64,000 bases of DNA from Calcarisporiella thermophila CBS 279.70 (taxonomy: Eukaryota > Fungi > Calcarisporiellomycota), in assembly GCF_041956535.1 (NCBI RefSeq), contig NW_027192204.1, forward strand, positions 193,696 through 257,695. The letters run 5' to 3'. The number at the start of each line of letters is the position of its first letter. The first letter of the stretch is position 1. A program made the position numbers and the translations under genes. This document shows positions 51,954-64,000 of this stretch, in pieces. The notes beneath the pieces were generated by a model. That model was not told the DNA's origin. It worked only from the letters and a program-made list of their open reading frames with translations, and did not search any database.

Positions 51954-52553
51954 ATGTAATCTCTTTAAAATTGACAATTTAAATATTGCTTCATTGTAAT
52001 CTTTATATTCGAAAAAGTTACTGTTTTAACAAACAAATAGAAAAATAGTATTTCTGATATTTAAAATATTTATTTATCTACCAGGGATTACAAAAAGTGG
52101 GTATTAAAGATAATCAAGGTGTACGCTTTGCAGTTCAATCATCCTTTGATTGAAAAATTTCACTAGGATTAAATATATCATATTTTAGTATGCTGTTAAC
52201 TAGAGTAACTTTGAGTTAGAGAACAAATAATCAGGATAGTACATTTACTATCTGCATTTCCACATCATAAGGATTAGAATTGCAGAATTCTATCTGATCA
52301 TCATAACGATTTTAAGATTTATAGTGAACAAAAGAATGACTCTTACCTTATATAAAATAAAAAGAGGAGCTCTAATGTTAAATTGGTGCAAGACCTTTGT
52401 ATTTATATTTCAATTAAATAAAATTAATTTGAGGCTTGGAAATATTATTTCTGAGAAAACGTCCCCGCATATGCTTTCGATTTCCATCCAGCTACATCAT
52501 CTTTGTAGTTAAACTAATTTAAATTTTACTTACTACAATATATTCCAAATTAT

Positions 52554-54217
<1,664 letters not shown>

Positions 54218-54715
54218 ATGAAAGCTTCCAGCCAATATAATTTTTATATACGTTTTCATTGCTGTTAGCATGTTTAGTTTTATCTATCTCTTCATATCGA
54301 TTTCCCCAGGAAATTAAATAGACAATAAAACATTGAAATTTCAAACTTTCACAATATCATTGGTGCACACATTTAGCGGCGCAGAAATCTGCTTTTTTCT
54401 CCCCGATTACATTTACTTTTCCATCTTTATTTCTTTTCCCTTTCTCATATAATCAATCAGGACAATCTAATAATTCTTTTTTGCTTTTATCAGCTTTTCC
54501 CCTTACCCCATCCCATTTCCTGTACTTATAACTTGAATCTTAATATTGGAAAATACTGATATTGCTTTGTAGTTTTATTCCTTTGTCCAACAGATTAAGA
54601 TCGTTTTAATTGTACTTTCTCTCTATTCTTTCTATTCGATCAACTTATCTTTTCTTCTTTCTTACTCTATTATTTTGCCTATTATATCATCAATATCCAG
54701 GATATTATAATCAAC

Positions 54716-56581
54716 ATGGATTTATGTGCTACTCCAGAACCGATGGAATTATCAACACCCCCGTCTAACGCTCCTTTAAATTCTCCTGTCTCTCCACCCC
54801 ACAGCCCTCCCTTTTTAAGCCCTACTCTCTCCTCTCCCTCACATGCTCCGATCGACACTTCGCAGCTAATACACCCTGTATCCTCTCGAGTGTGCGTTGA
54901 CTCTATACGTCTTCTTTTCCAACAAATTTCTTCTGCAGATAGGCAGCGGTTATTGTTAGAACTACTTGATGCCTGTGATACACGCCAGCTTGTACTAATA
55001 TCAAATATCATTAAACCTCGCTTGCGTGTTGACTTTCTACAAATGCTTCCAACCGAACTCGCTCTTCACATCGTATCATTTATTCGCGATCCTCGCACAC
55101 TAGCCCGATCAGCATGCGTTTCACGACGTTGGCGCGATCTACTTAATGATGATCAAACTTGGAAAAATATGTGCCTTAGATATCGTTACGATTTCGCTCC
55201 AAGTGATTCTTCGGATGCAAAAGTTACTATCTGGAGAAAGGCTGACAGTCGTCCTGTTCTCCCCTCGCTTCGCCAGATACCTGGTGTTGGAATGGAAGCT
55301 AGTCTAGGGTTTAGCTCGGAATCTATTACATCAAACTGTTCCGACAATTTCTCTCGTCGTATGCGTCTGAGCTATCGTGAGATGTTTCGTCGTCGATATC
55401 GAGTAGAACGTAATTGGGCGCATGGTCGTCGTGCTCGCACACATCGTACAGTGGCTGGTACCGAGCTGGTTACATCTCTCCAGATGGATGATGAGTTAAT
55501 AGTTATCGGGTGCAATAATAATAGAATAGAGGTGTATAGTGCTCGGAATGGCTCATGGATTCGTACATTAAGTGGACATGATGGCGGCGTATGGGCTCTC
55601 CACTTCTTGGGTGGTGGCTCAAACGATAGAGAACGTATTTTAGTGTCGGGGGGATGTGATAGGTATTTCGAGCTTTATACCCGCATTTTATCTTGATGCT
55701 AAATATTTATAATTTCAATGCCATAAAATATAGAAATGTGCGTGTATGGGACCTGAACAATGGTGTGTGCAAACATGTGCTCCACGGACATATGTCTACG
55801 GTGAGATGTCTTAAAATGCGCAATAAATCGGTAGCAGTGAGCGGATCGAGAGATGCTACACTTCGCGTGTGGAATGCTGAGCAGGGTGTTTTGATGCATG
55901 TACTTTCAGGTCATACAGCAAGTGTAAGATGCCTTGAAATTGTGGGAGATCTTGTAATATCAGGATCCTATGATGCCACTTGTCGTATATGGGACTTACA
56001 TACCGGCCGTTGTCTGCACCTTCTTGAGGGGCATACCCATCAGATTTACTCACTTGCTTGCGATGGTTCGCGAATTTTCACTGGGTAAATATACATCATT
56101 ATTATAATATTGACTTTGATACTGAGATCGTTAAATCCTTCGTTTTAGCTCTCTGGACACTACCGTTCGAGTATGGTCGCTGCGTACTGGAGACCTTCTA
56201 AGCGTACTTCAAGGTCATTCATCACTCGTAGGACAAATTCAGGTTCTAGACAGAACGCTTGTGACTGGTGGTTCAGATGGTTATATTCGGGTTTGGGATT
56301 TAGAGACTTACCAATGCGTACACCGTTTACAAGCACACGATAATTCCGTTACCACTCTACAATTCGATGACAGGCGCATTGTGAGTGGTGGCAGCGATGG
56401 AAAAGTAAAGCTTTGGGATTTGCGAGGCGGACGATTTGTGCGCAATTTAATTCAACCTGCCAAGACAATATGGCGCTTGGCGTTTAACGATGTGCGTGCA
56501 GTAACTCTTTCTCAACGTGATGGGAGAACTGTGCTTGAACTTATTAACTTTGATGATGAAAATGATGATACATGCGTGTAG
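54716..56581 (+). CDS. F-box/WD40 protein (Cdc4/Fbw7-like SCF substrate adaptor)
   Basis: DFLQMLPTELALHI...VSRRW F-box; repeated GH...VR(C/V)...SGSxD...WD units. Confidence 0.92.
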
Positions 56582-57395
56582 TTAACAAATTTTGAGTAGA
56601 ATGGGAGGGTAAATGTGTGCTTCATTATCTTTAATTTCTGCTTATTATTCCTCTTGCCTATAAATTTTGACTTGTTCTATTGTTGATATTATTCATTTAT
56701 TTGGTTTTGAGTAAAATAAAATGATTTCCTAATCTTAATAACTCATTTTAAATATTGAGGTTCATCATGTGACATATATGCTATTCTCCAGAAATATAGT
56801 GGGAGAATATAATCATCATTCATCTTCGCAATGCGATTTCTTAATTCATTCGAATTCTATTCCGTTAGTCTCGTCACTTCCCAACAGCAGACAGCAGTGT
56901 AGAAGGTATGTGATGCAAGGAGGAATTGTTGCATAATTATTCAGTAATTTTCATTGGTTAGTGTCCTTAAAATTCCACAAACAAGTCAGAGATTTCTATT
57001 TCTTCTCTTTTGGTCATCATCTCTTTCTTGCTACGGTCATTGCTTGTTGGAACAAAGAGGGGGAGGGCGCAGGCTGATATATATTTGACATCTTGCTTAT
57101 ATTCTCAATACTTTTTCCGTGTGTGAACCGCCATCCTCTTTTCGCTCCTTTTTCCTCTACATCTATAATTTTTTTAACAAAAGAAGAGTGGAGGAGAGAT
57201 CTTTCCTCTTCTTCTGTTCTCATCACCTTGTTTTCCCAAAAGAAATCACAAGCTAGCGCTGGCCGTAACACTTGCATTGCGTTCTTTTCATATTCCTCTA
57301 TTAAAAACTAATCTATTATATCCATCCTTATTCTCTATCTTTTTTTATATACTCCATCTTTAATCTCCTCTTCATTACCACCCATTACCAAAAAG

Positions 57396-60300
57396 ATGAA
57401 CCTTTTATTAAGATTCACTGGTTTTCTCGCCTTCACCTTCTGTCGTTCTATATTTCCTATACTTGCCGCGGCTAACTATACTCCTGCCACCAATATCGAT
57501 TTATCAGGCTTCGAACAGCTTGGAATTGCCGGTTTTTACAGCGGAATATCCATTTACAAGAACCCACGCCAACTGATCAATATTGATCCTACGGTCGCTT
57601 CACTGATCCTGCAGACGGATGATGGCTTTGAATCTATCTCAACTTCTTCCGGACCGGGTGCAATCAACGCGCTCTGCTCTTTGCCACGACAAGACGGAAA
57701 CACGGATTTATATATAGGAGGAAATTTTTCTACGCTTGGAAACGTTCCTGTCAATAACATTGCTCGCATCGATACTTCTAATCTCCAGGTGTTTGCACTA
57801 AGCTCAGGGCTTGACGGTCCTGTATATGCTCTCCATTGTGATCAGCGAACCGGTTCAGTCTATATTGGAGGTGCCTTTAAGGGACCTATTGGAGCTGTAA
57901 ACGGTGTAAACAGCTCCTTTGGAGGAAATGTCGCACTATGGCAGAATGATATTTGGGCTCCACTTCCCTTTAAAGGCTTCAACGGACCTGTTCAATATAT
58001 CACAGCTAATCCAAATTCTAATACAATTCTATTCGGTGGTCTTTTTGAGGGTACATTGAATGGACAATTTTCTTCTTCTCAGCAAAGCCAACCTGTAAAT
58101 TTGCAGTCGGCAACAGTAAGTGATTTCGATTTCTTGTATAATTGAACATTTTTCTAATGTAATCTGATTGAATATTTTCTAGATAACTGGAGGAAATTCA
58201 GCCGATTTGACTGGTTTTAGTGACCCTAATAATGTCGTTTGCTCGTCTGGAGACAATACTAATCAGGGTTCCTGGCTACTACGAGACGGTGTCCCTGGAG
58301 TCTGGCGTGCTGAGTTTCCTTATAAGATAACTCCATCTCAATTTCGACTTCGAAATTCTAACGTTACTGGAAAAGGCACTAAATCATTTCGGTAAGGATA
58401 TATTTTTTAGTACTCAGTTGTCAATCATTGTTTTCTTATTATTTTAATTAGAATTCTTGCCCGCCCAACCAATACTATATTCAACTTGACATATATCGAT
58501 CCTATATCGCGTCAAGTTCGCCATTGCACTGATCCCTGTGAATTGACACCGGATTCAACAATATGGCAAGAGTTTACCGTAGTTAATCCAGAATCTGTTC
58601 AAGGCATTGAGCTGGACATTGAGTCGTGGTTCGGGACTGGAGGTGGGCTATCTGGGATTGAAATATATCAGTCAGGTAAATTGTTTATCTTGTCTGCTAT
58701 TTGAATTACATGAACTAAACATATTATATTGTTTCCTAGAAATATTCGTCCACGCCGAAAATTCGTTCAACTCTGCCAAATGCTCTAATAGCCCAACAGC
58801 TTCAAATCAATTAATTGCCACAGGTATTAGTGTTGGCAACTGGCATCCCCAATTTGTCCAGGGCACATATCGTACTGTACTTTCAACGGATATCCCTGCG
58901 GATCAATTATCCAACTCGAATATATCTGTTACTTTTACCCCATTCCTTCCTGAATCGGGCACGTATGACTTATTGATGAATACTCCAGGATGCACGGGTA
59001 CAGACACATGCGGCAGACGTACACAGGTTGATGTGACTATGTTGCTTGCACCCAATGTGACCGTACGTGCAACAATTGACCAGACAAACAAGCAAGATAG
59101 AGAAGATAAGCTCTATTCGGGGTTTGTTGTTGCTTCTACAAACAACTTCCAGCCCAAGATCATAATGACTTTATCCGCCAACGCCAAGCCTCCAAATAGC
59201 AAAGAGATCAATGTGGTGGCTGACTCTGTGCAGCTTGTTAAGACTTCCCCAAGCAATATTTTAACTAGTGTGTTGGAATACAGCCCAATAAACCAGAATC
59301 CTGGAATGAATCAGAGTTCTTGGAGAGCTTTACAATGTAATATTCATTTTTCCATTTCTACTAATATGGTTTCTGAGTTTTTCTTGTGTAATATTTAGCA
59401 CAATTGCCTCCAGGATCAATTGTTAGCAGTATTTTACCAACTGGGAACGGTTCAATATTTTTTGGCGGTCTTTTTACAGATGCCATTAGTGGATATTCAA
59501 ATATTGTAGAGTATGTTGCAGGTCAATTCAGGCCCCTTCCAGGACGAGGTCTCAACGGAAAAGTAGCAGCGATCACTAAAATCGGAGACGGTATGTTTTC
59601 ATTCTATGGCTTTATAAATTCTAAATCGTTGCACATAATAATTTATTTTATTTAATAACTTAGACATATATGTTGGAGGCTCGTTTAATTCAACTAGTGA
59701 CGGCTTGCTATCCCTTAATAATATTGCCCGCTATTCACTGACCGGCCGCCAATGGACACCTCTTGGAGGAGTATGTCAAGTGTTTTTTACATTTATCCAT
59801 ACCATTTTACTTAATCTTTATTCAATTTCATCAATAAAGGGTACTAACGCACCAGTCGAGAAACTTGCTGTTGGTCCCTTAAATAGGCTCCACGTTGCCG
59901 GATTATTTAGTTCACTTTATACGGATCTCAATAAGCCAGTTTCTAGGACGCAATTTGCTCCTGGTTATGCTATCTGGGACACAATATCCAATCGGTGGTC
60001 CTCAAGCCCATATATCGCTGGTCATATACAGAGTCTTTTGTTCTCAAATAATTCCGACCTAAGGCTCTATATTGGTGGTGTTCTCAATGGAGTGCAATCT
60101 AATCATGCCACCAGTCTGGCATCCATTGATGCTCCCGGTAACTTATCCTCTGTGCAACTGGTTAATGAAAGCAGGACTCCAGAATCTGCTTTGTCGGATG
60201 CCCAAGGTTTTCCTCTACTATCTTCTACGCAAATAACGAACAAACACCCAATTATCAATGCTGGTGTATTCTACAAAGACACAACTAGAGGGAATGCATC

Positions 60301-62348
60301 GATCACTATAATTGGAGGTAGCTTCAAATTAGGTGATGCCAAAAACGTCGCTTTCTTCGAGAATGGATCTTGGAAGCAGCTTGGGTTAAATCTGGATGGC
60401 AATGTTAACAGTCTCTTCGTACAAAATTCCTATTTGTACATTGCTGGTGAATTCAATGGAAGTACAGCGAGTGGCACACCTCTGGGTGGGATTGCAGTAT
60501 GGAATTTGTCGAATCGCACATTTGATACCCAAATACCGGCGCTAAGCTCTTCAGATGGAATCTCAGCGAAGGTGAACGTAGTGAAAGGGCGATCGACGAA
60601 TGGTATGATCCTTGTTGGCGGATTCTTTTCCCATGCAGGGTCGCTTTCTTGTAACGGAGTGTGTTCTTGGGATACTACAACTTTGCAATGGGTTGCGCTT
60701 AGCCCTGGTCTCTCCGGAGAAGTCAAAGATATGGATTTGATAAATGTATGTATAAAATATTATTCTCTTTAAAGATACAAACTCACAAGCTTTTTATCAG
60801 AATAACCTTGTTGTGGCTGGGAATTTTACAGTAAATGACCGACGATGCTATCTGGCTAAATACGATTTTAACACCCCTAATTGGACACCAATTGGCAATT
60901 CTGGAAACGGAGATGGTAATCTTCCTGGCCCAGCAACAGCCGTTGTAGTAAATGGAGATATAAACAATATTTTTGTCGCTGGAAGGTATGTATTGCCCCC
61001 TCAAACATAATAACCTCTTATTAACTATAACCCCTCTATTTTCTTAAGGGATAAAAACACTGGTGCTGGATATTTGCGAAAATGGGATGGCTCGAATTAC
61101 CTTGCTATTGGTATTACTATTGACATTATTTATATATTCGGTCATATTAAAAATTTATCTTTAAATTTATCAAAGGACCTGAACTTCGCCCTTCTACTAT
61201 CATCAACCAACTAATGATGGTACCAATTAAAGGGCAGAATCCTGATAACAATATAATTGAGGTGGATCGCATGTTGATGGTCAACGGCTTACTCGATCTC
61301 GATCCAATCGGCAATGTCAGCTCTGCTTTCTTTGATGGACGTACTTGGCATCCTTATTTGTTGACATCTGCTTCAGGAGGAGGTTCCGGTGTGATCAAGA
61401 ATGTATTTTCACGTTCTTGCTGCCCCCCAATATTTGGAAATAGTTAGTATTGAAAAAAAAAAAAATACTATTTTCTGAATATTACTGACGAAAATCAATT
61501 TTATTCATTTGATAGATTTCCTACCCGTCCCAATAGTTATACTTATTTCTGTTGCAATTGCATTGGGGCTGGTATTTATGATTGTCCTAGCCGGGTTAGC
61601 AACGATGTACATTAAACGAAAGCGGGAAGCCAAGTTCGACCCAAAACCAGATCCGTACTCTTATTATAAGGCTCCCAGAAGACCTGCCTCACTTTTGGCT
61701 AATCTTGCACTTTCTTCAATGATTGACCCTGAGAAGAAATCGGCTCGCCAAAACTCGGAAACGATCGATCATAATATTGCCAGAGATAGGAGCATGGCCG
61801 ATGAGGTACGCGCCTATCGTGCAGGCACAAGTGATTATTTGGATCCATCAATTGTAGGCAATGTTCCTGGTGCTGCTGGTGTGGTTGGTCCCATTGAGGC
61901 AGCACCTGGTCGTCCACGGCCCGATTCTGAGACACATCCAAATGAATCTGCACTTCACAATGCACTACAGAGCCCGTCTACACCACGTCCCGACTCTGCT
62001 ATTTCAGCGAATCACCCCACATCGGAATACTACGATCCAGCGGAGGCAGCAAATAATGATTTCGCATTTGGACATGTAGCGTCAGAAGCAGGGATACAGG
62101 ATGGTGGCTTTTCTCAAGAGGCATCTCCTGAAAATCCACACGTCTATTATGCAAAATATCAATTCAAAGCACGTGAACCAGGCGAGCTCGGATTTGAACC
62201 CGGTGACAAAATTATTGTAATAGATACAAGTGATGATATCTGGTGGATGGGTGTAATCGACCAAGGAGAAGGACGCCCTCCTTTGCAAGGAGTATTTCCG
62301 AGTAACTATGTGACAGAATTAGAGCCACTCCCACTAGAACAACGCTAG
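57396..62348 (+). CDS. RAX2: Rax2-like polarity membrane protein with C-terminal SH3 domain
   Basis: Signal peptide; repeated YIGGxF/NNIAR beta-propeller units; TPGC..TCGRR; TM segment VILISVAIALGLVFMIVLAGL; SH3 (AKYQF...ELGF...WWMG...GVFPSNYV). Confidence 0.9.
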
Positions 62349-63128
62349 TGACAGTATCATGTTTTTATTAAAATATATATGTTTAGTAATATTTGTTTAA
62401 GTTGTGGGGTTCCGAGTATTGAGTAGCATTTTCTCGCTTAATGGATATCAAATTTGATGATCCTTTTTCGCGTGGACTTTCCACTCTTTTATTTTCCTCT
62501 TTTCTTGCATCATCGGAGGTAATATGTATATAATCAGTCGACGATATTCTTTTTCCACGATGGTTTCTCTATATCTCTTCCCTTCTTTTGATTCCTAGCT
62601 CCATTCATTTATCAATATTATTATTATTTTTTAAATTCATTGAGGTTCTCATCAAACTAGTTAAAGGAATGGATGCAACGAAATTGATATTTTGACAATT
62701 TTCCTGTAGTGCTTATATGCGAATTCATTGTGAAGCATTTGAAGCACCTCGAATTAGTGATTGCTGCCCACCAATTCCTCTTCAAATAGGTCTTTGTATG
62801 CATTTCGAATAAAATATTTATAGTATTATAGATCGAGCCAATTTTTAATAATAGATTTGCAATTGCATCAATTGCAATAATAAATTATAAAAGCTTTTAC
62901 TTTTTTAATATTTTAACATTTAAACTAATTTTTTTTTGGACAATAAATTCTTCGAAATGGTTTGAGCATAAATATACTTTCGGATTCAATCAGATTTAAG
63001 TACATTATTACAATAAGTGTCGAATGCTGCTTCTTATTAAGCCGACGCAAATCTCATATTTATATAGTAAAAACAAATGGTAAATAAACACTACACAAGA
63101 TTGTCCAATTCAAACAAAACTGTGTATT

Positions 63129-63661
63129 CTATGGTAATGGATACCCAGCAGGCGGTTTACTATATTTGAAGGGTATCAAGTTAATACACTAGTCTACACA
63201 AGTTAATAAAAAAACTTACTCTCTTTGTTCCCATACATCTTCTGAGCTGCGTTTTGCTGCGTAGTATGCCAACTTCCGTCGCTCTCTCTCTTTCAACATT
63301 TCCTGCAAAAGTTTATTATTCAAAAGAGAAGAGTGAGAATATTTGACTATATAACGAATAAACACAGCCAAACCTTTTGAATTGCTGCAGGCTTGGTTTT
63401 CATTTTCAGGCAGAATTTAACCTCACTCCATTCTCTATCACAATTTCGCATCGTACCATAGCGATAATAATTCATTGCTTGTCTTCCCAAACCTCAAGAA
63501 AAGAGATAAATATTGTTAACGGTAAGAAGACATGGTATATAAATAGAACACATACTGTAACACATTAGGAACTCGTCCATAGCATGCCACAACTTACAGT
63601 CGTGTACCTCGTTATCCGCTTCATCTAAGATTTGGAAAGATTCGCCCGGAGAATTTGTCAT
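63129..63661 (-). CDS. EMI1: Emi1/DUF3128 family protein, 4 exons
   Basis: Spliced: CKLWHAMDEFLMCYS|LGRQAMNYYRYGTMRNCDREWSEVKFCLK...KRSSEDVWEQR, matching the family pattern C-x10-C..YRYG..C-x9-C..SSEDVW. Confidence 0.8.
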
Positions 63662-64000
63662 TATTATTTCAATTCGAGATTTTAACAATAAGATCCACTT
63701 TCCAACCGAATTTTTCAATAAATTTCATCCATATGTGTGAGGTTTCCATTAATATTACTCAGCCACTAGAAAAATTGAAGATTTAGACTTCCTATTAAGC
63801 GTAATAGACCATACAAAATACCAGTATTTCAGCAAATAATCTATATACTTGACTAATAATTTTAGCGGCATCGTTATGGTGATTTTGGATATTAACATCT
63901 GAATTTATCGAGGGGAATTAGGTTGATTATCTAAATATTATTTGTGGTTTTCTTCTTGTTATTTATCATTTCTTTATATTATATTATGTTAGAAAAATCT

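Overview
This is eukaryotic, intron-rich fungal DNA with short GT-AG introns and CTAAY branch sites. Gene content (GCLM, phosphoketolase, SH3-tailed Rax2) suggests an early-diverging, Mucoromycota-like fungus; that placement is inference. About 22 housekeeping genes can be read: tricalbin (partial), GH18 chitinase, DIL-domain protein, CNT nucleoside transporter, SSADH, PAP2 phosphatase, DUF4097-like protein, PDA1, Crz1-like C2H2 factor, phosphoketolase, PMS1, DDI1, CWC16/CCDC130, XRCC3/RAD57, GCLM, ATG26, a PHOSPHO-type HAD phosphatase missed by the ORF track, SEC8, MRPL23, a Fus3/Kss1-type MAPK, an F-box/WD40 protein, Rax2-SH3 and EMI1. The most unusual part is the non-coding interval at about 11.2-12.9 kb. 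There a 13-14 bp motif (GATCCAAACTAG core) recurs and becomes more degenerate leftwards. It separates same-orientation, poly(A)-tailed inserts: a tRNA-headed SINE with a perfect 14-bp target-site duplication, a captured cystine-knot (knottin) peptide coding fragment, and an AATAAA+poly(A) 3' end. This stack lies about 300 bp upstream of an unannotated RNase P RNA-like gene whose normally invariant P4 bulged U reads as C. A sharp GC-rich island covers about 13-18 kb. Exon boundaries and RNA folds were worked out by eye and no database searches were run.
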